Part shown: piece by piece, positions 1 to 12,747 of the stretch
Layout of the letters: each line of letters begins with the position of its first letter
Position numbering within the stretch: position 1 is the first letter of the stretch
Assembly (NCBI RefSeq): GCF_030144855.1
Contig: NC_082706.1
Span: 115,382,001 to 115,446,000 of the forward strand
Origin: Hypanus sabinus
Taxonomy: Eukaryota
Length of the DNA: 64,000 nt
Direction: 5' to 3'
Program-made: the position numbers and the translations under genes
The notes under the pieces: generated by a model
The model's database searches: none
What the model saw: only the letters and a program-made list of their open reading frames with translations
What the model was told of the DNA's origin: nothing

Positions 1-1279
1 CCAAGTAGTTACAATTTTTTTTTTAAATGTGGTATGACTCTCAGTCTTTGGATGCTTTCAAGATCAAATATTAAAGGTCAAATAATATGGTTTTAAATTA
101 TTTATTGCAATTTGTTCAATCGGTGTCTGGGGAGAATTTTTTTGAATTAATATTGGAACATGTTTATAATGATATGCCTTCTGCAATTCTCAGTTGACAA
201 AAGGTGCTCATATTTCTGGAAGGGAAATTCCAACTTGTAACCAGACTTCACCCAAAAATTCAATAATTCCTGCCCCATACTCTGAGTGCAGGATGTAGTT
301 TTATTAATTGTGAACAATATTTGGAGGCTAAGAATGGAAACAGGAACAAGCTGACTAGTTCATGCAGTTCAGCATGTTCTTCCACTTTTCTATCATGGCT
401 CCCACTTCAACATAACTTGTAGCATGTAACCTCCATCTGTACACAGTTCTATTCAAAATGGCCAATCAGATGGGGAAGTATTTGTTAAAGGGTGTGTTGT
501 TCCTTTTTGTTTTGAGATCTTTCCAGACAACCTTGGTGATTTCTGCAATCATTAGTGCACATCAACTAGGACAGAGGCATTGCAATCAGTGTCTATATTT
601 GTCAGCAATGTTTGCTATTGCAATACGCCTTTCTTCATCTTCATTGACTTTATATAATCTAATTAATATTGACTGGAAAATCAGATGATTGTGCTTTCTG
701 CTACTCGTGCATTTCTTGTTTACAAATTTAGTAAAGTTATGTGTTAGAAGGCACATGACCTCTTGTACATTAAAAAGCTGAAGGGATATTGCAAGCTTCC
801 CAAGTTTGAATGTCTTTGCAATTCAGGTGACCTCATCTACCCAATAATTTGTTGTCATCATTTGAGAAGATCTTCAGTTAGAAGTAAATCCTGGCATAAA
901 GAGAATCTCAGAACATGAGCACTGCTCTTCATTTCCTGACATAAGCAAAGGAGGTGTGTGTATATTGGAGTGTAGCAATCAGACAACAACCTTTCAATTA
1001 AAACAAAGAGCATGTAGGAGGGTAATTCTATTTACAGCTTCAGCCTTGTTCTGCATAATTAATTAGAATGCTTATGCACTGTAGTGAATTTGGATTGTGT
1101 CCTCTCATCATTTGACTGATGAGAAAACACAAATAAGGAAAGATTAAAGGTAGAGCAGAGAGACAAGGGTGAACTTATTACTGAGGATTTCAGTGTGTCT
1201 GATCAGAGTATCGTCACAGTACAACAAAATTGAGTGTTTTGGGGTGTCAGATCCTGTTGGAGCTTTCCATTTTCAATCA

Positions 1280-1893
1280 GAGTATGTCGATTGTGGATTT
1301 CAGGAAGGAGAGTCTGAGGGAACACACACCAGTCCTCTTTGAGGGGTCAGCTGTGGAAAGGGCATCCGCTTCTCAGAGGATCTAACCTGGGCCCATCATG
1401 AAGAAGGCATGCCAGCAGCTTTATTTCATTAAGAGTTTGAGGAGACTTGGTGTGTCACCAAAGACTCTCGCAAACTTCTGCAGATGTACCAGGAAGAAAA
1501 TTCAGACATTCACCGCCTGGATTGGAAGCTGCAATGCACAATAGCAAAGGAGATTTCGCGGTCACAAACCTCCCCACCCTCAAAGACTTCTTCAACAGGC
1601 AGCACATCAAGAAGGCAGGATCTGTCGTTAAGGTCCCTCACCATCTGGGCTGTGTCCTCCTCTCATTACTACCATTAGGGACGAGTTACAGCAGCCTGAA
1701 GATCCACACTCAATATTTTAGGAAGTGCTTCTTCCCTTTTGCCATCAGATTTCTGAACTATCCATGAATACTACCTCAGTATTCCTCTTTTGCAATATTT
1801 ATTTATTTATTATAACTTATAGTAATTGTATATGTCTTGCATTGCATTTCTGCTACAAAACAAACATTTTCAGTGATAATAAACCAAATTCTG
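1280..1893 (+). mobile_element. Rex1/Babar-like LINE, decayed 3' fragment
   Basis: Degenerate RT C-terminal coding sequence (IVDFRK..EHTPV at the start; HPG..L.SLLP.G..Y.SLK.HT..FR..FFP.AIR.LN-like in ORF 1447-1767), then AT-rich 3' UTR ending GATAATAAACCAAATTCTGA. Confidence 0.75.
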
Positions 1894-1909
1894 AAATCAT
1901 TCTCTCAGG

Positions 1910-2320
1910 TAACATACCAAATGCTGAAGGAGTGAAATGTGCAGTCGATGTTTCAGGCCAAGACCCGACATCATGTCTGGAAAAAGAGGGCAGCAGCCAT
2001 AATAAAAAGGTAGGGAGAGGGGGAGGACAACAAGCTGGCAGGTGATAGGTCAGTCCAGCTGAGCAGGAGAAGCTAGGTAGGTGGGAAAGGGGCAATGAAA
2101 GAGAATGGTGTGAGAAGTTAGCAGGTGATGGGTGGAAGAGGCAAAGGGCAGAAAAAGGAACTTGGTAAGAGAAGAGTGGAGCATGGGATAAAGAGATGGA
2201 GGTGGGAAATTTTGGCAGCTCATGAGGGCAGAAAAGAAGGCTGAGTGGGCCACAGGAATGAGGGAAAACAAAGTGGCGATGAAGGGAAAACAGAGGGACT
2301 AGAAGTTCGTGAAATCGATA
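1910..2320 (-). mobile_element. Penelope-like element pseudo-LTR remnant
   Basis: Similar to the repeat at 2396-2700; degenerate hammerhead-like segment near 1945-1975 followed by a purine-rich tract. Confidence 0.55.
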
Positions 2321-2363
2321 TAGGTTGATTTGCTTATTAACATCTTCAGATTGGACAATTGAA

Positions 2364-3322
2364 ATGACAAACACGAGAGAATCTGCAGATGCTGGAAATC
2401 CAAGCAATGTACACAAAATGCTGGAGGAACTCAGCTGGCCAGGCAGCATCTATGGAAAAAAGTACAGTCAACATTTTAGGCCAAAACCCTTCGGCAGGAC
2501 TGGAGAAAAAAAAGCTGAGAGTAGATTTAAAAGGTGGAGGAAGTGAGAGGGAAACACAAGGTGATAGGTGAAAGTGGGAGGGCGAGGGATGAAGTAAAAA
2601 GATGGAAAGTTGATTGGTGTAAGAGATACAGGACTGGAGAAGGAGGAATCGGACAGGGGAGGATTGAAGACCATGAAAGAAAGAAAAGGGGGGAGGAGCC
2701 ATGGGAGATCCCATTTTATTGGTCTCACTGATATACAGGAGGCCTACGCTCTTTCCGCCAGAAAAGGTGGGATCTCCCAGTGGCCACCCATTTTAATTCC
2801 ACTTCACATTCCCATTCTGATATGCCAATCCATGGCCTCCTCTACTGTTGCGATGAGGCCGCACTCAGGTTGGGAGGAGCAGCACCTTGCATTCCGTCTG
2901 GGTAGCCTCCAACCTGATGACGTGAGCATCGATTTCTTGAAATTCTGGTAATGCCCCCCACCCTCTCCTTCGCCATTCCCCATCCCCTTTTCCTTCTCTC
3001 ACCTTATCTCCTTACCCCTCTGATGCTCCTCCCCCCTTTTCTTTCTTCCATGGCTTTCTATCCCCACCTATCAGACTCCCCTTCTCCGACCCTGTATCTC
3101 TTTCACCGAACAACTTCCCAGCTACTTACTTCATTTCTCCCCCTCCCGGCTTCACCTATCACCCTCGTGTTTCTCTCTCCTCTCCTCTCACCTTTCAAAT
3201 CTACTCCTCATCTTGTTTTCTTCAGTCCCGCCAAAGGGTTTTGGCCTGAAACTTTCACTGTACTTTTTTTCCATGGATGCTGCCTGGCCTGCTGAGTTCC
3301 TCCAGCATTTTGTGTGTGTTGC
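2364..3322 (+). mobile_element. Penelope-like element (PLE) with inverted pseudo-LTRs and GIY-YIG C-terminal remnant
   Basis: About 300-bp inverted repeats (about 2400-2700 vs 3025-3326); centre encodes EEQHLAFRLGSLQPDDVSIDF, typical PLE endonuclease C-terminus; flanked by direct repeat TTGGACAATTGAA at 2351-2363 and 3323-3335. Confidence 0.85.
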
Positions 3323-3835
3323 TTGGACAATTGAAGTGCTGTTTTAATACACTGTAAATTTGACATTAGGTTCACAACTTTCCTTTGCTACTTGAAATTT
3401 GACTGTTATGATAACACAGAAAGACAGCCCCAACTTAGGAGGATAATTAAAGCTCATAGAAATGCTGCAATAAATATTCAGTTTCTTTATTATCTACTGG
3501 AGGGAAAAAGTTAGAAAGCAGCATGTTTGATTTACGTACAAGCTTGTTATGGAGGAAAGCCTGCAGAGGAAACATGCAGTAGTGGAAATTACAGAACAAG
3601 ACATGGGAAGAAGAGAGATTCTGGGGAGTGAGACTGTTTGGAGGTAAGATGATGAGAGCTGAGAAAAGAGTTGCAGAGGGGTTGTGGGGTTTAAGGGGTA
3701 TTAATGGTTGTGGGGAACCATGTGAAGATAAGGGGGCATCTTAAAGGTCAAGGCAGCTAGACCAGTCATGAAATGGGCTAAAGGGAATCTTACTAGGCCA
3801 GAGGACCATGTATTCTAGCCTACACGATCAATAAG

Positions 3836-4055
3836 AATATAAGACCCAAAGATATAGGAGCAGTATTGGACAATTCAACCCATCAAGTCTGTTCTGCCAT
3901 TCAATTATGATTGAATTTTTTAACCCATTCTCCCGCTTTCTCCTTACCAATCAAAATTCTATAAATCTCCTCCTTGGAAATGATAGTCCTCTGTGACAAT
4001 TAATTTCACAGATTCGCCACCACTCTCTGGCAGAAGAACTTCCTCTTCATCTCAC
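3836..4055 (-). mobile_element. older CR1 LINE 3' end fragment
   Basis: CR1-type 3' terminal sequence similar to 4056-4330 but more decayed. Confidence 0.65.
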
Positions 4056-4975
4056 AAGAACATAAGAACATAAGAAATAGGAGCAGGAGTAGGCCATCCG
4101 GCCCATTGAGCCTGCCCCACCATTCAGTAAGATCATGACTGATCTGTCTGTAAACTCAGCTCCATCTATATGCCTTTTTCCCATAACCCTTAATTCCCCT
4201 ACTATGTAAAAATCTATCTAACTGTATCTTAAATATATTTAGTGAAGAAGCCTCAACTGCTTCCCTGGGCAGAGAATTCCACAGATACATCACTCTCTGG
4301 GAAAAGCAGTTTCTCCTCATCTCTGTCATAAGTCTTCTCCCCTGAATCTTGAGGCAATGTCCTCCAGTTCTAGTCTCTCCTACCAATGGAAACAACTTTC
4401 TTACTTCTATCTTATCTATCCCTTTCAAAATTTTGTATGTTTCTGTAAGATCCCCTCTCATTCTTCTGAACTCCAGAGAGTATAGTCCCAGGCAACTCAA
4501 TCTGTCCTCATAGGTTAACCCCTTCATCCTCAGAATCAACCTGGTGAACCTCCTCCATACTACCTCCAAAGCCAGTATATCCTTCTTTAATTACAGAGAC
4601 CAGAACTGCACACAGTACTCCAGGTGCAGCCTCACCGGTACCCTGTATGGTTGCAGCATGACCTCCCTGCTCTTGAATTCAATCCCTCTAGCAATGAAGG
4701 CCAACATTCCACTTGCCTTCTTAAAAACCTGTTGTACCTGCAAGCCAACGTTTTGCGATTCATGCACAAGCACTCCCAAGTCCCTCTGCACAACAGCATG
4801 CTGCAATCTTTCACCATTTAAACAATAATCTGCTCTTCTATTATTCCTTCCAAAGTGGATGATCTCGCATTTACCAACATTATATTCCATTTGTATCTAT
4901 ATCCCTCTGCAGACTCTCCACATCCTCTGTGCAATTTGCTTTTCCTCTCAGTTTAGTGTCATCAGCAAATTTTGC
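4056..4975 (-). mobile_element. CR1 LINE, 5'-truncated (RT C-terminus + 3' UTR)
   Basis: ORFs 4591-4890 and 4156-4569 contain CR1 motifs KCEIIHFG, RDLGVLV, HLEYCVQFWS, LGLYSLEFRRMRGDL, LWNSLP; AAGAACAT tandem tail at about 4057-4075. Confidence 0.92.
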
Positions 4976-5145
4976 TACGCTACGCTCTTACGTTTAGATC
5001 ACTTGGATTCTGAATTACAATTACATACTTCCGGTCAAAATGGTATCAAACTATGTTCTTTGTTGGGATTGTGGCTCAGATCTAGCTTATTTTTAAATTC
5101 ATAGGATGGCTTAAGGGACAGAGAGGAAAATTAGGAGTCAAGTTA

Positions 5146-5650
5146 GGGTTTAGGGACAGGGATGTGCGGGAGTCAGAGGTCACATTAGGGTTCAGGGACA
5201 GGGATGTGCAGGAGTCAGAGGTCACATTAGGGTTCAGGGACAGGGATGTGCAGGAGTCAGAGGTCACATTACAGTTCAGGGACAGGGATGTGCAGGAGTC
5301 AGAGGTCACATTAGGGTTCAGGGACAGGGATGAGCAGGAGTCAGAGGTCACATTAGGGTTCAGGGAAAGGGATGTGCAGGAGTCAGAGGTCACATTACAG
5401 TTCAGGGACAGGGATGAGCAGGAGTCAGAGGTCACATTAGGGTTCAGGGACAGGGATGAGCAGGAGTCAGAGGTCACATTAGGGTTTAGGGACAGGGATG
5501 TGCGGGAGTCAGAGGTCACATTACAGTTCAGGGACAGGGATGTGCAGGAGTCAGAGGTCACATTAGCGTTCAGGGACGGATATGCGGGAGTCAGAGGTCA
5601 CATTAGCGTTTAGGGACAGGGATGTGTGGGAGTCAGAGGTCACATTAGGG
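5146..5650. repeat. 42-bp minisatellite, about 12 copies
   Basis: Unit AGGGTTCAGGGACAGGGATGTGCAGGAGTCAGAGGTCACATT; produces 14-aa periodic ORFs on both strands. Confidence 0.95.
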
Positions 5651-6059
5651 TCTGAGGTCAGGGATGTGGAGGAATTAGAAGTCAGGCCTCCATGCTCGAA
5701 GGCCAGCGACATGTATGTTTGATGAAGAGCATCTGTGGATGTTGGATTGGCAAGCACTGTAGATGATGACAAGAAAGATGTAGATTGGTGGGTTTGGGTT
5801 TGGAAGCCCAAGAGATCAGGGTGCACAGGAGTCCGGAGTTCAGGGTCCTGGGGTCACCACTGAAGACCAAGGGTCAATTGGAAGACTGAAAGTCCAGGAC
5901 CAATGGCTGAAGCCTTGGGTCTATGAGTCTGAAGTCTATTGGGAAAGTCAAAGGTCCATTATCCGTGAGCCTACTGGATACTGGAGCCAAAGGTCTGTCC
6001 TGGTTGTGGAGGACTGTTTGTGTAGGTGGATAGATGTGTGGGAAGGAGGAAAGGGGCTT

Positions 6060-7430
6060 GAGTTCCTGCCCAAATCCCTTAGCCTTGCTTTTATTCTTAT
6101 AGGAACATACAGATTCTGTATTCTCAATAGTTCACTTTTGAAAACCTCCTACCTATTATGCACACCTTTGCTGGAAAACAGCCTATCCTAATTCACACAT
6201 GCTAGATCCCCATCTCTGCCTTAAATGCACCCAATGTCTTGGCCTCCACAGATTTACCACCCTTTGACTAAAGTAATTTCTCCACATCACTGTTTTAAAT
6301 AGATGTCCTTCAATCCTGAAGTTGTGCCCTCTTGTCCTAGATTCCCCTAGCATGGCTCTAATCTGTTCAGGCCTTTTAACATTTGGAATGATTCTATGAG
6401 ATGTTCCCTCATTCTCCTGAACTGCAGGGAATACAGCCCAAGAGCTGCCAGATGTTCCTCATATGGTAATCCTTTCATTCCTGGAATCATTCTCATGAAT
6501 CTTCTCTGAACCCTCTCCAATGTCAAGTAAGGAGCCCAAAACTGCACAGAATACTCCAAGTGTGGTCTCAGGAGTGCCTTATAGAGCCTCAACATCACAT
6601 CCCTCCCCTTATATTCTATACCTTTAGAAATGAATGCCAACATTGCATTCACCTTCTTCACCACCAACTCAACCTGGAGGTTAATCTTTACGGTATCCTG
6701 CACAAAGAATCCCAAGTCCCTTTGCATCTCTGCATTTTGAATTCTCTCCCCATCTAAATAATAGTCTGCCCATTTATTTCTTCTGCCAAAGTGCATGATC
6801 ATACACTTTCCAACATTATATTTCATTTGCCACTTCTTTGCCTATTTCCCTACACTATCAAAGTCTCTTTGCAGGCTGTCTGTTTCCTCGACACTACCCG
6901 CTCCTCCACCTATCTTTGTATCATCAGCAAATTTAGCCACGAATCCATTAATCCCATTGACATACATAGTAAAAACAGTGGTCCCAACACCAACCCCTGT
7001 GGAACTCCACTGGTAACTGACAGGCAGCCTTTATTCCCACTCTCTCTTTTCTGCTGATCAGCCAATGCTCCACTGATTTTAGTAACTCCCCTGTCATTCC
7101 ATGCTCTCTTACTTCGCCAAGCAGCGTCATGTGCGACACCATGTCAAAGGCCATCTGAAAATCCAAGTACACCACATCTACTGCATCTCCTTTGTCACCC
7201 TGCTTGTAATTTCCTCAAAAAATTGCAGTGGTCAGGCAGGATTTTCCTTTCAGGAAATCATGTTGGCTTTGGCTGATCTTGTCATGTGCCTCCAGGTATT
7301 CCATAATCTCATCCCTAACAATTGATTCCAACAACTTCCCAACCACTGATGTCAGGCTAACAGATCTATGGTTTCCTTTCTGCTGCCTCCCACCCTACTT
7401 AAATAGCAGAGTAACATTTGCAATTTTCCA
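6060..7430 (-). mobile_element. CR1 LINE ORF2 fragments
   Basis: ORFs 6948-7175 (VYLDFQMAFD) and 6347-6826 (KALLRPHLEYSVQFWAPY, LERVQRRF, LGLYSL). Confidence 0.88.
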
Positions 7431-7459
7431 CTTGCTCCCCTACCACTCTGACTCCCACC

Positions 7460-8075
7460 ATCTGCAACCCTGATCTCCCACTGGTAAATCCTACCACAAG
7501 AATATCAATTCCCCTTCAGTTTAGGTGCAAACGGTCCTGTTTGTGTAGGTCCCACCCACCCTGGAAGAGAGCCCAATGATCCAAGAATCAGAAGCTTTCC
7601 TTCCTGCATCATCTCCTTAGCTACATGTCAAGCTGCACCAGCTTTCTATTTCTTGCCGCACTAGCATGTGGCATGGGTATCAATCCTGAGATCACCACCT
7701 TGGGGTCCTGCTTTTCAGCTTAACTCCTAAATCCTTGAACTCACTTTACAGGACCTCAGCACCCTTCCATGCTACTTATGTGGACAATGACTTCTGACTG
7801 CTCAGCTCCTCTTAAGTGTGGACTAAACCTGAGAGTTCTCTGACTCTAGCACTTGGGAGGCAAATGTACCATCCAGAAGCCTCATTATCATTAGTGGAAT
7901 CTCTGGTCTGTTTCCCAAACCAGTGAATCCTCTATTACTAACACACTCCTCTTGTCCCCCCCTTCTGAGTCACAAAGCCAGACTCAGTGCCAGTGACCTG
8001 GCCACTGTGACTTTCCCCTGGTAGGTCATTTCACAATCCGCCACAACAGTATCCGAAACAGTATACTTGCTATTG
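7460..8075 (-). mobile_element. CR1 ORF1 (SGNH esterase) remnant
   Basis: Minus strand reads VVISGLIPMPHAS..RNRKL...FLDHWALF...DLHKQDRLHLN with stops, matching the CR1 ORF1 esterase also seen near 50925-51225. Confidence 0.75.
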
Positions 8076-8195
8076 TCATTGGCAAACTTCCTTCGCTAAT
8101 CAGTAGTGATACTGACTCCCACCCCACTGCAAGGCTGTCAAAATCACTCCCATGGAGACTACCAAAAGAAGGTCCGGGTCCAGGTTAAGTAAGTC

Positions 8196-8330
8196 CATAA
8201 GACCAAAAAACCATAAAACATAGGAGTGGAATTAGGCCATCTGGCCCATTGAGTCTGCTCTACCTTTCAATCATGGCTGGACTGTTATTTTTCTCCTTCT
8301 CAACCCCAGTTCCCGGAAATCTCCCAGTAA
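8196..8330 (-). mobile_element. CR1 3' tail fragment
   Basis: CCATAAGACC..ATAGGAGTGGAATTAGGCCATCTGGCCCATTGAGTCTGCTC..TCAATCATGGCTG. Confidence 0.7.
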
Positions 8331-9109
8331 ATAAGACCATGACAGGTTTGATTTTGCCGTTTCTTTCTGTTATGTTGCTAGATTCAAGATCCTGGAATAC
8401 CATTTTAAATATCATTTAAAACTGCTCACCTGGAATATCATTTTAAATATTGGAGGTTAAACCGATGAAACATGGAGATGTGGGGTGTAATTCAATAAAA
8501 GGAGGACCTCTTGCTTGCAGTGTTCATGCTGGCAGATAGAGACCAAACCATCCTTTTCCCGTTTCTGAGGCCTCAGTTAATAAAGTACAGTATAGGATTC
8601 AGTCAAGAAATTGGTAATTGGTTTACAATTGTTACCTGTACCTAGATACAATAAAAATCTTTTATTTGCACGCCATCAGAAAAATTATTCTATACAAAAG
8701 TACACCGTGATAAAATACAATGAAAAGAAAGAATGTAGAATATAGAGCCCCAGTTACAGTGAAAGTGCAGTGCAGGTAGAGTGTGGAATGGTTTTGGGCT
8801 TGCTGACCGTGAAGGTTCTAAACTCAAAGAAAGATTTTAAACCCCATCAGATGTAAGTAGTCATGGGTATTCTTAGTAAAGGGGGTTAATACTGTAACTA
8901 CTCAATCTTCAAAACTTAGTTAATTCCCTGCTTATTCTCCATGGCCAGTTTTAGCTGCCAATACCCACTATTTTAGCAGGAGAAGATACTTCTCACAAAC
9001 CGTTCATTTATTTACAGTGATAAACTTTTGAAACCACACATTCTCTAAACACATTTAAAACTCACTGAATTTTGAACATCTGTTTTAAATGTCTATTTAT
9101 AAATGGCAC

Positions 9110-9673
9110 ATCATCAGAAAGCTTGGCAAACCTCTACAGATGTGTGGTGGAAAGTGTGCTTACTAGCTGCATTATTGCCTGGAATGCACACACCAATCAC
9201 TCTGAGTGGAAAATCCTACAAAAAGTAGTGGATTCGGCCTAGTAAATCATGGATAAACCCCTCCCAACCATTAAGCACATGAAACTATCAAAGATCCTCA
9301 CCACCAGGGCATGGTCTATACCTGCTATTGCCATCAGGCAGACGGAACAGGAACCTCAGGGCTCGTAGCAGCAGGTTCAAGAACAGCTACTGCTCCTCAA
9401 CCATCAGGCTCTTGAACAAAAGGCGATAACTACACTCATTTAAGGACTCATTTACCTTGTTTTTTCATGCTTGTTATTTAATGCTATTTATTCATTATCT
9501 GCATTTGCACAGTTTGTTTACACTTCATAGTTCCTGATGTTTACAGCTTATAGATCCTATTTACAGTTACTGTTCTATAGATTTGCTAAGTATGCCCTCA
9601 AAAAAAGAACTTCAGGTTTGTATATGGTGTCATGTCTGTACACTGATGATAACTTTTACTTTGAACTTTGAAC
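9110..9673 (+). mobile_element. Rex1/Babar-like LINE 3' fragment
   Basis: Decayed LYRCVVES, LQKVVD, KDPHHPGH, RFKNSY..STIRLLN motifs; TTGAAC-repeat tail. Confidence 0.8.
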
Positions 9674-10489
9674 AAACCGCTTCTAAAATGCAAAGCATTT
9701 CTTAAACTCAAAGAATTTCCAAAACAGGAGTACAGTTTCTATAAACTAAAAAGACATACCATATCACAGAGACTCTAGACAGAGGAATGGTTCCTATTCT
9801 CCTCCATCTTTCTATCACTCTTCTTGACATTCTTCAACCATTCCTAATAAGTCTGAACTGCTCTCTACATTTATACCCCCTTTCTACCACTCAGGTGACT
9901 TCACATGCATATGTTATTTCCTCAGATTACACCAATGGTCTAAAAGCATTTTGGAGACATAATTCTTCAGCTATCTACCATCAATACTGTAAATCTGTGA
10001 AACTAACTTCCTTGAGCATGTAAAACCTTTCTACTGGAAACACATCATAGTTATTGATATGCTAAATAATATTATCCATCTGTTCTGGAAGCTTCATTGA
10101 ACCAAACAACTTAAGAGTCAGCTTGTCTGATTGAAACAACCTGAATTAAACAACCCATTGTCTCATACTCCATGGTGAGCAGTAATAAAGCAGGTGTAGC
10201 GGACTTAATCTTACTTCTTCCAGACAGAATGCCTACTATCCACAAATCTTGTTTGCAAAGCAGGACTTTATAGATAATACTTGCTGTTCTACCTTTAGAG
10301 GTGCTGTTTGCTTTGTATGCAGTTTGTTTTCTGTTTTCTACAGTCATCACTTCCTATTCCTGTTTGTAGGCTGTTCTTTTACATCATTTCCTGTGCAGGT
10401 TAATTTGAATTTCAACTTGGAGCAAACACAGTTGAAAGAAAAAGAATCTAGTGCTTTTCTGGTATATATGATGAATAAACTCTTTTTGG

Positions 10490-10935
10490 GCTTCCGGCCA
10501 GGTACAGGTATCAATTAAAACTGACATTTCAATGACAAGCTCTGGCATCTTCTTCATGGATGATGCCTGGCTATGTCTAGTCCAGTGGTATTTATACCCC
10601 CATAGTCCGACCCTCCTGATTGGCTAGTCCTTAGTCAATCAGATTTCTGCACTCCCAGCTTGTTTACAATTAAATTCCATTTCTAACTGAGAGTGAAACG
10701 TCCACCTTTGTTAAAATCCTTTTCCTCTGATTTTATTTCAATTACTTCCTTTACCAGGCAGTCCCAAAAGCCATTGGCACAGCACAATAGTTTTGTGCCA
10801 TCAAAGTCAATTCTAAATACCATTGCAAATGCAATGTTCTGTTACCACTGAGTTCCCCAGATACCCCAACTGAATACACCTCCTGTGCTCCTTGATGCAG
10901 GTTTCCACTGTGCATCCTATCTGGCCAATACACAG
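10490..10935 (-). mobile_element. Penelope-like element (Poseidon-type) GIY-YIG endonuclease remnant plus pseudo-LTR
   Basis: Minus strand: CIGQIGCTVETCIKEHRRCI..NSVVTEHC..RIDFDGTKLL...WDCLVKEVIEI...FNKGG (consensus YIGQTGR..RIKEH..SAVAEH..IDF..RL.KEAIEI..NFNRDGG); degenerate hammerhead ATGAAGA..GAAATGTC near 10522-10557. Confidence 0.8.
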
Positions 10936-10954
10936 AGAATCCTGTAAATGCCAG

Positions 10955-11258
10955 CTGCTAAGTCCCATGTCATCTTTGACTCACAGCTTATGCATGGTGG
11001 AACCCTGTGCCTTCCAAATTGCTTCCAGAAATTGCCGCTCTGCTGTCATCCCTGCCGGTATTCTTTTCCAATCAATTCTGGCCAACTCCTCTCTCAGGCT
11101 TCTATAATTCTCTTTACTCCACTGTAATACGGATACATATCACTATTGCTTCTGCTTCCCAAATTTCAGGGTGAATTTGAAAATGATTACTGCCCCTCAG
11201 GGTTCTTTTACCTTAAGCTTTCTAATCAATTCTGGTTCATTGCACCACACCCAATCCA
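10955..11258 (-). mobile_element. CR1 endonuclease-region fragment (one half, split by the Rex1-like LINE)
   Basis: Minus strand LDWVWCNEPELIRKLKVKEP.G.S.H-like APE endonuclease C-terminal motif; continues at 18980. Confidence 0.7.
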
Positions 11259-12249
11259 AGATTCAATATTCAAAAACTTTATTGTCATTCCAACCATACA
11301 TCAGCTCTGCAGGGCAGAATGAGACAGCGTTTCCCAGGGGCAAGCGCAAACATAACATAACAAACGCAACAAATAGGAAACACAACAATAAATAGTAAAA
11401 CACAACAGCCACATGTCGGTTAAAATCAAGTTATAAGTGTCCAGTGCAAGTTAAAAGTGTCCAAAGCAGAGTCAGGTAGAGCAGCTATTTAGCAGTCTGA
11501 CTGCCTGTGGGAGGAAGCTGTTTAGTAGCCTTGTGGTTTTTGTTTTTATGCTCCTGTAACAATTTGCCTGATTGCAGAAGAACATACAGTTCATGGAGAG
11601 GGTGTGAGGGGTCTTTAATGATGTACCGTGTCTTCTGGAGGCATCGACTCTGAAAGAGGTCTTGGACAGAAGGTAGGGAGACCCCAATAACCTTCTCTGC
11701 TCCCCTAACCACCCTCTGCAAGGCTTTTTTGTCGGCAGCACTGCAGCTGGTGTACCAGGCTGTGATGCAAAAGGTCAGCACACTCTTAACCACAGCTCTG
11801 TAGAATGTAGTTAAGATGTTAGTGAGGAGTGATGCTTGTTTAAGTTTCTTCAGAAAGTGCAATCTCTGCTGGGCCAGTTTCACAATCCCAGTGGTGTTCC
11901 TGGACCTGGTGAGATTGTCTGAGATCTGCACCCCAAGGAACTTGATGTTTTCCACTCTCTCCACTGTGGAGCCGCTGATGCTGAGGGGTGTGTGCTCAGG
12001 CTGAGACTGTCTGAAATCGACGATCATCTCCTTGGTTTTGGTGACATTAAGCATCAAGTTGTTGTCACTGCACCAGCTCTCTAGTTGTTTGACCTCCTCC
12101 CTGTACATTGTTTCATCATTTTTGCTGATGAGCCCCACCTCTGTGATATCATCAGCAAATTTAATGATCAGGTTCCCCTTGAATCTGGCTGCACAGTCAT
12201 GTGTTAGCTGTGTAAACAGCAGTGGGCTGAGCACACAGCCTTTTTTTTT

Positions 12250-12575
12250 AAAGATTAAAGATGAGCTTTATTTGTCACATGTACATTGAAACACAGTAAA
12301 ATGCATCATTTGTGTCAAAGACCAGCGCAGTCTGAGCATGTGCTGGGGGAAGCCCACAAGTGTCACCACACTTCCAGCACCAACACAGCATGTCCACAGT
12401 TTACTAACCCTAAGCCTGTATGTCTTTTGAATGTGGAAGGAAACCAGAGCACCTGGAGGAAACCCACACGGTCGCAGGACAAACCCGCAAACTCCTTACA
12501 GACAGAGGCAGAATCAAACACAGGACGGCAACGCTGGAATGGTTTTGTGTTAACCGCTACGCTGCCACACTGCCC
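12250..12575 (-). mobile_element. tRNA-derived V-SINE
   Basis: Minus-strand 5' GGGCAGTGTGGCAGCGTAGCGGTTA (A-box-like), V-domain core GGGTTTCCTCCAGGTGCTCTGGTTTCC, AATAAA and ATCTTT-type tail. Confidence 0.8.
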
Positions 12576-12747
12576 ACATAATTACACAATGGTGCTGCCA
12601 AGACACGGTGACATTTGTGGGCATCAGGGAAAACTACCATGAAATATACTTTCTCAGGACTCCGATCACTGTAATCCACAACTGTAGTTCCCTTTTGGAG
12701 CAGTGCTTTTAAACCAGCTGGACAACCTAACGTTTTTTGTAGTATCC

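Noticed and set aside
400-460. CTDG motif suggesting a hAT transposase remnant
   Set aside because: Only four residues match; surrounding translation shows no further hAT motifs
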